From assembly GCA_001687465.1 (NCBI GenBank), contig LVLI01000079.1:1-64000 (forward strand): a DNA stretch of 64,000 bases, written 5' to 3'. Of this stretch, positions 34,701 through 45,792 are shown one piece after another. The stretch's first letter is position 1. The number at the start of each line of letters is the position of its first letter. Made by a program: the position numbers and the translations under genes. This DNA comes from Halocafeteria seosinensis (lineage: Eukaryota). The notes beneath the pieces are model-generated. The model had not been told where the DNA came from. It did no database searches and saw nothing but the letters and a program-made list of their open reading frames with translations.

Positions 34701-37700
34701 CAGGTCCATCACCAGCGTAGCCTTCAACTCGCTTTTTATGAGTATCATACATAACAGTAAATTGCTGAGATCGAAGAAGAGAGATAATTGGGTTGTACAT
34801 CCATCGCCCATTCTTCGGGTCAACAGTGTACTCTTTTCGGCAAGCGCTCCGCAACCATTGAGGCATTTTATCCGATAGCAAATTTACCGTCTCTTTGGAG
34901 GGCAAGATGGTCAGCGATGGAACGTCGGGTAGACCTACACGCTCCACTCCGAATGGTGGACTTGCCTCTTCTTTTGAATTCCGCGCAACGTGGCTTTCAA
35001 TGTTACTTAGAATCATTTCCGCCTTCTCCTCAGCCTCTGTAGAGTATCGCGTGCTGACAGGACCCTGAAGTATACACACTCTCTGCGGATCGCGGTCTCT
35101 AACAGCAGCCAAATCCTCGCTGTACCACAAGCTGTCCTTTTTAAACCAAAATTGCAGATCTTCATTGATAAACGGGATAAAAGGGACTGGTTTGCCCCCA
35201 GACTTGCAGTCCTGGTAGAATTTATTCAAGTCATCCGGAGTGAGTACCTCCTTCATACCTACTTCATAGCGCGAAAAGAACCTGTCCAAGATGGCTCGCG
35301 GAGCACCAGTGCTTTGTTCAGGAGATAGTAAGTCACTGGTAGTGATTATACGTTCTTCATAGGCTTCATCATTAGTACACATACCCCGCAATGTATCCTC
35401 AGCTCTTGAAAGAAAACGATATACTCGTTCTTTAAACGTCGGATCCAACCATTTACCCTCGGGACATCGCTCCTTTTCTCGTGCGTCTAACTTCTCCGGG
35501 GAGGCGAACATAAACTCAACCATTCGATAAGCAACTTCTGAGTACGTCATTTCTTCTACATCTAGGTAATCGGATACTCGATTGCAGGAAAAACCTTTGC
35601 TCAAAACACTTTGATAGCGCTTGTGTATACCAAAATATTCTTTCTGAAAATCTTCATTTAATCGTCGAATGATCTCTTCTCTTGACGCCTCTATTGCCTT
35701 CTTCCGATCCTCCGGTTTTTGGATATTAAAAAAGCGGTTATCGAACTCCTTCCACAGTTTTATGCCGCGATTAAATATCTTGTGAATGGGTTCCCCAAGC
35801 TCGCTTTTCACAGTGGCAACACCACCAGCCTCGCTTTCGTACGACTTCTCCCATTCCGCCTGCTCAAAGGCTAGGTTCCGAGAAAAGTCATCAGATACTC
35901 CGGGGGTAGCAGCAATCAACTTCTTCACCTCAGGAGCAGTAGCTGCTTCTTCAGAAACCATCATACGGGATGCCAACAGAGCTGCATCACAGGGCATCGG
36001 AGGAAGAGGTGCGTTTCGAGCGATGTTCTCCTCTCCAAAAGTCGAGCTCGCGGCCCACTTCTGTTGGGACCAGGTTCCCTGAAGGTAAGGGGCAACACTC
36101 TCTCCACTACCAATTCCACCTCCAACAACAAGCAACACATTTGGACACTTTCTGATATCCGCGTAGCTTGCTAGAAGTGGAGCATGAGTATCTTCAAACG
36201 AGTGATGGCCTCCCGAGCGACCTCCTGTCCATTGCAATACAACAGGGACCGAGGGAACAGACTTCGCTACCTCCAAAACCCTATATATGGCATCAAGCGA
36301 ACCAGGCTTAAACCCAACAAAGCTCATGCCCGATGCGATGCACTCTCCCACTATTTCCACTCCCTTTTCCACAGAAGGTACACCAGCCGCAATTGTGATC
36401 GCTTTGATTGGTATTTTATCATCTCTTCTAAGTTTTAGGGCGGCGGGAAACTGGAAAGACCATTGCTTCGCATTCAGATACAACATATTTAACGTAATGC
36501 CGATTCCGGGTTGTATGCGAGCTGCAAGGTCCCGAATCTTGTCTTCAAATATTCGTTGACGTGGTAAGCCCCCGCAAGCTAATTCCGCTTCATAGCCAGC
36601 ATTCAATGCGGCTGCAACAAGTGGCACGCCATTCAATGAAGTAGTAGGAGTCATGCCTGCAACGATTAGCGGCTTAGTGCCGATGACGCTGGTAAATCGC
36701 GAAAGTAAATTCTCCGAGTTCGGCTGACGGTACACGTTGTACGCACGGTTCCAGTCGGAAACAAAGGGGTTGGGCCTGCCCGAAAGGACATCAGCGTAGT
36801 TGAAAACAGGATTCAGACCAAACTGGATGTTGACATTCTCCTTCGTCAAAGAATCAAGGAAGCACCTAGTATTAGCAAATGAACGCATACAACAAGACGC
36901 TACTTCCACGCTGTGGCCCACCGTGGCACCTGCAGTAAGCTTGGCCACGGATGAAACCCCATCTATGGAGCCTGGTCCGCAGTCCATAACTATCGATTTT
37001 GACCCGGAAGGAGGTATCAAGTTCCCTACGACACTCAGCCAGTCCAGCCGCTCAACAGCTTGCACTCTTGCCAAGTATTTGGGGAGATCCGGTAAGTCCA
37101 TACGTCTGATATCCACTCCGCTGCAAGTATCATACACTGGCACATTCAGCCGATCAACAGCGAACGTCTTGCAGAGTTCAGTGATGTTCTCTATGTCCTG
37201 CTGTATTACGGGCACTGTTTCCGCTTGAACTCGGGAATGAAAAGCGGAGCTTATCGGTAGCATGCCAACAGAGAATACGGGCTTTCTTTGAGAATAAGGG
37301 ATTCTAGACTGATCTTCATTATGCGATGCTTGTCGATCTTCAAGGAATTCTTTGAAGGACTCAACATCGTTAACCTCGCCGGTGACCACGAATGCTTGGA
37401 TGCCATTGATCAGACCCACGTCAAGCTGAACTTCCTTTGATGTCTTAGCTGCTTTTCCTTTGCCTTGTATCCGTAACTGCTCCAGCTGATTGACCTCACT
37501 GTTTCCAGACGTTTCACGGCAGCCAATGTTAGCATCAGTTTGTGTCGTGGAGGACTTCCCTTCCCGTCGTGAGACGAAGGTCTGCAAGTATGTCATCAAC
37601 TGCTTCCAGCTTAACCCTTGAATACTCATCATATGCCTGCCCTTTGCTACTTTTTGCTCGCAACGGAGGCCTTGCCAAAAGAGCAGTTTCACTGCCAATC

Positions 37701-38881
37701 TACATGCGGCAAAGAACTCGTCCACATCTTTACTACAAGCAAGAGCCACTCCACTAACGATTCCTTGACTATGGCCAACGACACCACCCAATTTCTTTAG
37801 GAAATCATTCCATGTGGGAGCAGCACCATAATGATGAAAATCCAAATACATTGAGTAAAATGTTACCAGTTGAGTTACACCGATAAGAGGATAGCTGACA
37901 GGAGCAGACCGCAAGTACTCACTTGCAGGAACCGGTGTCGCAGAGTAACCATTATAGCCCTCGATCCACGAGAGGACATCTATTCCTTGACTAAAATGAC
38001 GCCTACGCTCTGAATCTTCCAGCTTGGACAGTTCGCCCTTGAGAGATTCGACCATAGTTTCTAATAGCGGGAGAACTGATGAAATCATATCGGTTGTTAA
38101 AGAAAGTTCGCCTAGCCAGTCGTTACCCTGCATAAGCATCCACTGTAGCTGTATGGGCGAAATGTGCCCCAAGTATCATCTGTTTCCCACATACCTGTCC
38201 TGCAAACTGTACAAAGAGCCGCGAATCTTGAAGTAATGTTCTCTGACGTTCCACAGTAGTCTTTCGCTGGTTGACTCTCCTCTCAACTTCGATAAAATTT
38301 CTGGCTATTTCAAAAGATGAAGTCGTCCCTCTAAACGACGACCTTGCCACCGCTCCAGAGTAACTCGTCACTCCTAAGTTATGTAACTTTTCATAAATCT
38401 GCACTTACACATAATTGCAGAGTAATACCCAACAACAGTTGTAAAATAAAGGAGCTCGACGTACTGCTTCTACTCCTAGTTCCCATTCTTCATTTTCTTC
38501 GAGGAATACTGACGCAGTGTTTTCATTCACCGCTCTCGGAGACGGATCTTTACCATTAGTTGCATCCCTTGGTATCACCGTACGGCATGCAATTAGTAAC
38601 ACAAGCAATACATCTTCCTCAGTTTGGCACTGTTCGAGTAGGTCTTCATTGCTTTCGTGCTCGACAAAGCCATGCCATAGTGCAGAAAGCTTCTGTTGAA
38701 CCTGCTGGGATCGGACAGGAATCCGACACTGCAAAATATCTGAAAGAGAGATAACAGCGTTCCATTGTGGATGTTTAGCCGTATGGCCGAGTTCCACGGT
38801 ACCCTCCCGCGATCCCCTGCAGCATATAGAGAAAGGAAGAGTATATAGACCGTCATCAGCAAACTACCAAGGATATTCCAT
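25762..38881 (-). CDS. Fungal-type type I fatty acid synthase, single chain AT-ER-DH-MPT-ACP-ACP-KR-KS-PPT (~4,310 aa)
   Basis: AT FAGQ|GN and GHSQG; FMN-ER GMTPTT and GGRSGGHHS; DH DWNPIH..HGMW; MPT FTGQGS and GHSLGEY; two GKS ACP motifs; KR GCGPGSIG and YAESK; KS VGACAT, FHGTGT, SFGFGQ; PPT GVGVDVE and WAAKEA. Inferred exons 38881-38868, 38816-38465, 38398-38195, 38127-25762. Confidence 0.97.
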
Positions 38882-41056
38882 TCGGGTATTCGCGCCTCGT
38901 AAGGTTAAAACAGAATGAGCTGTGCATGCAATAGTGAATTTATCCCCCTTAATACGTCTGTGACTCCAATGCCTCCACGTGTCAAAGCGACCATTCAAAT
39001 CGATGAATATCACCGTCTATGCGCCATTTTCACCCAGTCTCACCCGATTGATAAGTTTTCATAAAGGAAAATCCATCATGCAACCATCAAATAGGACTCA
39101 AAATTCTGCCGTGGAAAGCGATATGAGCCCTCGGATGTCCCGTGGCGAGAACACCTCAGAATCTTGGTCGCCAAGACCCAATCCACGATCCATGCCGTAT
39201 TTTCCTCCCATGCACGTCGATTCCAAATGCGGACTCATCCAAATATGGGTGATGCCATGAGACATCCAATGACGGACGTCACAGTGATATTGGGGCACTT
39301 ACATTGTCTAGGGAGGCCTTTTGGTTCACTAGCCGGTACACGTGGAACAGCTACGCAGCACCCGGGCGCCAATCTATCTTGTACGTAAGTAAGAAATACA
39401 ACACTAACGAAATCTAGAGCGTAGTCGTAATTCATTCAAGCAAATATTGCTTGGATTTTGTCAGCCTTCGGAAGAAACAAACCCGGTACTCCTTTAAAGA
39501 ATGAAGGCGACTCACTGACACTTGCTGGACGCGCGCTAGAAACTTCAAGTTGCGGGTAAATGGGATTCAGTCGCTCCCCGTTTCGAATCGTATATCAGCC
39601 CTGCAGTTGCAATTCTCTTGGTAGAAAGTCATTCCTACCAGAGCCGGTTGCAGCAGCGCAGTTGGGGTTTAGAGGCGCTCCAGACGCATCACTTGCAACG
39701 ACCATCTGACGCAGGATATTCCGTTCTTCCACATCACCTTTGTCTAGCTGGTGCTTTTTCCTGCTCAAGAAGTCCTCAAGAAAGAAATGGGGAACTTACA
39801 CAATATTCGAAGTCGAAATTTTCCAGCTTCATGTAAAATCAGAGTGTCTCCGCAAGATGTTCGACAGCGTGGAGATCCCCCAACAACGTTTCCACTTTGT
39901 CGGTAAACCAACTTCCCGGCCGGTGGGCTATCTGTCACATTTATGTGTGTGAACCATAAATAATACACACTACTACATACCGCAAAAAATACTTTCATGT
40001 GAGTGTTCCATAAATCCATGAAATCGCAAAAGCACGGGACTTCCCGCGCTGCCCCATCCGCAAAGCGGTGTTTTGTTCCATCATATAAGGTCTCCTACCT
40101 TTGCCGGAGCCCCTGAACCGAAAGTTTTGTTGTCTTTTCTCCTCCAGGAGACTGCAGCAACCACCACTCTGTGACAGCCAGATGCTGAACTGCCTTTCAT
40201 CCCCTGTCGAAGAAGTGTTGTCCCTTGGAATGTCGTTGATAGCCCACCAGACCCATGCTGCCAAAAAAATCCTTATTGCTGTAGTTGAGCAACTTGAGTC
40301 GGAATTAGCTACTTCCGACCGAGAAACTGACCGATTCTGTATAATACTATTTATATTTTATTTGATCTGTTGCTTTGCAAAACATTTTCATCTCAGTGAA
40401 ACATTGTTCCTGTACCGTGACTGACCCTTTTTTTTCCCGGTAAGATCGTCGGCTCATTGTATTACCACAGTATCAATGTATCTGTCCGCCTGTATCTGCT
40501 ATTGTTTTCCCCTCATTGATGTTGCATTGTTGTGTTGTACGGTACAATTGTACAACTTGTACCGGTGTTCTGGAAGATTTACGCGCTAATAGCTTTGAGT
40601 TCTAATAAAGGCTAGCTCCAAAGTGAAACCATTGCAGTGTAATGAAACCTGTTATTAGAAACCGGCTCAAGTCCAAAGGGAACTCTAAAGGGACCAAACA
40701 TGGCCACAGTATAGCGGGTAGTCTAAGAGAAACAAAAAGAAGGGGTTAAGGCATGATGGGGCATCATGATGGTGAATGGAGAAGTGAAGTTCATGATTGA
40801 CTGATCCGATGGTATGATTGATTTCCTACAACTTAGTACTCCCCTGCTGCACCAACCAGAAGATGTACTGTAGGCTCAGTAATATTTCATTTCCGATACC
40901 TAGCCTGCACACAAATCTTACAGCTTTGACAGTGTTGATTTTGCCCTTTAGTTTGATCCAATACTAGGATGACGGAAGTATTCGAGCGTCTCTTTGGAGT
41001 CGTACACCGTATGATACACGATCGATGCTCAGTCCCTGAAACTGATCTCAGCGAAG

Positions 41057-41470
41057 ATGTTTCAGTTCCGCGCAGCCGATTGTGGAGTGCCATTTCTGAA
41101 CTTGTTCTACAAAATACGGTGCAATGATGCTGAGTACTTATGGCAGAAACTTATGGCAGCCGTCCCGAAGTTCGGGTATGATACGTCTATGGTTGCTCAG
41201 TTTCCCACTACAACTCCACAGGGACTAGACCAGGAGTTTGCGAAGCTAGAGCTGAACGGGAATCTGCTCTTTTCTATGACTTTGGATGCAACATGCATGG
41301 AACTATCGGAGGGATATGCCCGCTTGAAAGAGGGGGAGAATCTTCGAAGAGTAGGTTCCGAGGGAGTTTCGTTTGAGAAGGCCAGTCCTGGAAATGCACG
41401 GGAAATCTCGTTTCTGTTGTACGCCGATCGCATGCAAGGAGACGAAGCTTATCGTACTTTTGCCGATTAA
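41057..41470 (+). other. Unassigned 137-aa ORF in a gene-poor interval; possible gene remnant
   Basis: Longest ORF in the 38.9-41.9 kb gap, with protein-like composition but no recognisable motif. Confidence 0.2.
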
Positions 41471-41965
41471 GGTTTCGAAGATGTGTGTGGTGCTCACGAA
41501 CTATCCTCATACATCCTCCATCTGCATAAGAAAGGGAATGTATTTATTAAGTGAATTTTTTTAACTTCTCTGTTTTGTGGACCCTAAATTAATTAACACT
41601 TACTGCGTAACGGTTTCCTACAATTCCTTATCATCGTTTTACTAGCTTCCAGTCACATTAGGGAACCAGATGGGTTGGTCTCTACTTGAAGACGAGAATT
41701 CAACTACCAAAACAAATACATACATGTAATCACAGTGTTTATCAAACCTTCGAGTGTGGGTATGGAGATTCGCACTCCAATAATCATTTTTGTGTCATCA
41801 CTACTAATGCATGATACGGAACGAATTTTCCCGATAGTAAAATTTAAATGGTAGCAGTTCAGTTCTTCCGCACTGTCGGTTCCGAAGTTCGTTGCCGTTT
41901 ACCATTCAAAGAGAATCGTTTGTTCTTGTCTCGAAGTGATATATTCGGTAAAACATGAAGTCGAG

Positions 41966-43885
41966 ATGGTCATGTTCAAATACCGAAGGACTGCGTACTG
42001 GACGTTGGGCGTAGCTGGCGTCTCCATTGCTGGAATATATGGACTCCGTAAACTCAAAGCGTTCCTGGAGGAGCGCCAGAGGGAGATCATTGACTCTGCT
42101 ATAAATGCCGCGAGAGAGGGTACGTCAGATAGAGACCAAGAGAAACCTTGCTAAATGTGCACCAGGATTGGTCTTATATCGCTGATTGGCCTACAGGGAA
42201 AGCTAAAGACGTCATGAGACTGATCAAGAAAGCCGGGTAAGTCGCTTAGTTCACAAATCGCCTTCCTGAAGTTGGACGACCACTTCTTTTCGGCATACAG
42301 GAGTCCTGATGTAACAGACGAGGAGGGGTCCTCATGCCTGATGCACGCTGTGGAATGTGGGCAAATCACCGTCGTCCGTCTGTTATTGGACGTTTGCGGA
42401 GCAAACCCTAACTTTAACTTGGTGTGTAGAGGCTGTTGCTATCACGTTGAACCTAACGAGGTTAGCATGACTGGAATTTACGGATGATGACAGGGGCCTA
42501 AGGCGACGACTCCATTGCATATTGCGGCCGCCAACAATAAGATAGAGTGCATTGAAATCCTTGTGGAACAGCAGATAAGCTTGGACCCCCTAACCGAGGT
42601 AAGACCGTTCCGTATTGATGCGGTAATCGGAACCTATGAATTGTTCCGTTGCTCCAGGATGGGAGTACTCCATTACACTATGCTGCTATGTACGGGCACT
42701 ATGAAGCAACTATGGGTCTAATCAGAGCCGGCTGTTCCCTCGAACAGAAACGACATGAAGACGGCGCAACCGCACTCATCCTCGCCGCAAACGGAAACCA
42801 CGCTGACGTAGCTAAGTTATTAATAGAAGCAGGAGCGGATGTATCTTCCCGCCTCCACGGTAGTGATGGTATGTTACATGCTATTGGTCGTCGTTGCATT
42901 GGTTCATGTTATTGTATCCCTGCGGAATTAAATTTGTTCGCAGCTACTGCATTAATTGTAGCTGCTAAGAAAGACAATATGGAGGTGGCTAACATCCTTT
43001 TGGAGCAGGGAGGCGACGTGAATGAATCGGATTCATACGGAAGAACAGCGCTAATGATAGCTGCGAAAAACAATAGTTTTAGAACAGTCTCATTTCTCAT
43101 CTCCGAAGGGGCCGATTTGCAACACTTCTCCCGAGATGGCAAATGGTATGAGCACCACGGCGGTCACTCATGGTTTAACCTCCAACAATAAGGGTAGTGA
43201 GCTACTTCACAATGCAGGTCGGCTTTACACCTCGCCTGTAAGCACGGACACGTCCGAGTTGTCTGTGAATTACTGAAGCATGAGGTCGAAATCGGATGCA
43301 AGGTACGTGCTCCAACAGACTCGTGTTGCTTGAGCATGGTCCATACCGCGCCATCCCTTTCAGAATAGTCTTGGACGAACACCTTTAAGCCTGGCAGCTG
43401 CTGCCGGTGCACGGTCTGTTGTACGCGAGCTCGTTTTGGCAGGTGCCGACGTGAATGATGTCCAGGAAGAAGATGCTACAGTTCCATTGTCTGTCGCTGC
43501 TGCGGGGGGCCACGAGGGCGTCGTCCATGATTTGCTGGTCTACGGTGCCTCACCTAATGGACCTACTGAGCAAATTGAGGGCGACGGTTGTGAGCAAATA
43601 AGTTCCTTGATTCTCCCACTTCACTGTGCGGTAACCTACAAACATCCACAGATAGTCCGAACTCTAGTCGAGCACGGGGCATCTCCAACACTGCGATGCG
43701 TAAGTTACCCCCTGAGACGACCATCAAACGCTGTTGAATAATATTCGTATACATGATTTTGGGGGTCTCCACAGAGCAAATTCAACTATCAATCAGCACA
43801 GGACATTGCCAACGCATTGGGCCAAGAAGGTTCACTGCTCAAGGATGCTCTGAATCATACAGAACGTTCCTATGAAGAGACTTGA
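41966..43885 (+). CDS. Ankyrin-repeat protein with an N-terminal signal-anchor-like helix, spliced
   Basis: N-terminus RRTAYWTLGVAGVSIAGIYGLRK, then many ANK repeats (TPLHIAA, GSTPLHYAA, GATALILAA, GRTALMIAA, LPLHCAV). Last exon 43775-43885. Confidence 0.85.
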
Positions 43886-43894
43886 AGAGTCCCT

Positions 43895-45676
43895 TCAAGG
43901 AGTTGTACAGTAATATCGTATTGCCATGGCAGAAATGACGATATGAAAGAAAAAACTTGCCAAGAAAAACCAGAGATATAAGTGCAGCGATTTAATGCCT
44001 TCTGTCGATTCGTGGCACCGAACGCTCTCGGATATTTCATGTAATCGTTTCGCAAACGCGTCGTACGAGAATGTATCCTGGACATGGAGTCTGCCATTCG
44101 TGCCGATGGACTCTACAAGTGAAAGATCTTGAATGATTTGCCGCATTGGCTCACAGAAAGACTGCAACAAAATGATTGCCGGTATATAGGATGAAGGTAC
44201 ACTCTGTGGAATGTGTACGTCGCACATAACCTACCTCTGGTTCGGCCTCACAGAGGAACCCAGTTTTCTCATGAACTACGCTTTCTCTGGGACCGCCACT
44301 ATTTACAGCTATAACTGGACGTGCCATTGCCATGCATTCGATAGGTACGATTCCAAAGTGCTCGTTTGTAGGAGTATACAAAACCGCCACAGAACGCTGA
44401 AGCAAAAAAGTCTTTTGTTCGTCCGTGAACGACCGTAGAAACCCAACAGAGCAATCTGAACCGCTTTCAGTGGCATCCGGGTTGCCTCCATCACAATACA
44501 ATGTGGGAAGCAGTTTCTTCATTACATGTTCATTGGTTATCCCCTCGTTGGGACTTTCGGGACACGTCTGTAGGTTGTTCCCCTGCGCAGCAATATTTGT
44601 CAGGTTCGATTTGAAACAAATGGGAGCGACTTCATGGAACTACAAGCATCCTTACTTTTGCTGATTCCATGAGTTCACTATATACATCAACGTTTTCTTG
44701 AACACGCTTGTCATATCCCCCCGCTATTACTAACTTCGTCCTTCTGGCAAGCTCAGGTTCCAGAGTACTCTGCAATTCCGCAAATGCGTCAACAGCCAGC
44801 TGTATGTTCTTCTTGCGTTCATAGCGATTGATGGATAAGAACACGATTTCCTGATCTCCACTAGGTACAAAGTAAGATCTGCGTCAGTGTTGAAAGATGC
44901 CAGCATTTTGCACGAGAGATAGATAATCCAGGGATGCTGCATACGTACTCAGGAAACCGGGACAGGTCAATGCATGGATACAACACAGTCGGATCGTGGG
45001 CTTTGAGAGCAGTGAAGGTCTCCATGAATATTTGTTTCGTAAACCTTGAATTGACGACGATTCTGTCTGCAAGCCCTGTTGTTACTTGCTCCGCAACATC
45101 GAAGGGCAGCCGGTACAGTCGTTTGAGTTTAGAGGTTCGCGATACCAGCAGTTGGTCCGGAAAGTGACAATAGAAGAGTATCGGCGTCCTCGGGGCAAAT
45201 ATTTTGAGGATCGGTATACAGATAGAGATCTGCACTAGAACTTGTATGAGGGTGATGAATCTGAATATCTTTACGGATATCTTCCTTACTTGATCACAAA
45301 TGATGAGGTCGTATCTGGGTCCCCTCAGAGATACACTCAACGCCAAGAAGACATTCCGAAGCATGGCAAAGATGATGTGGAACATCCCATACACTTGACG
45401 CGGTATCCAATCTCCGTATACTTTAATGGGAAATCGTCCTTGCCGAGTCTCTGGGAAGCTATGGTTCGGATCGTAGTGGGAGGTGTACATATCCACGCTA
45501 TACTGCATGCATTCTTCCACACTAGTACGAACAAGTGAAGAGGGGCCAGTAGCGGAACGTACATGATCTTGCTGGTAGTCGATAAGGCCTGTGGCGATAT
45601 CGACAATGAGGCGCTCGGCGCCTCCAATGCCTAAATCGGGGTGTAAGATGGCTACCTTTTTCTTCATGCTTGCCAT
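43895..45676 (-). CDS. ALG2: Alpha-1,3/1,6-mannosyltransferase, spliced
   Basis: [57 protein letters not shown], and a C-terminal hydrophobic segment. Confidence 0.96.
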
Positions 45677-45792
45677 TCACGTTGTATTGTATGTATTGAA
45701 TTGGATTGGTATCCTCTCTACATCTATAAACAACACAAATTTTGAAACGTGAACAAGTATATCGTATCTGCTACCACTAGTTGTAATGATTG

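Noticed and set aside
38128..38172. ORF-track start of the 4136-aa FAS (MGHISPIQ...)
   Set aside because: It lies inside the intron 38194-38128; splicing restores the conserved FAGQ|GN motif.
38900..39300. Minus-strand frame with several TGA stops, suggesting a TGA=Trp insert
   Set aside because: The read-through peptide has no recognisable motif, and flanking genes use TGA as a normal stop.
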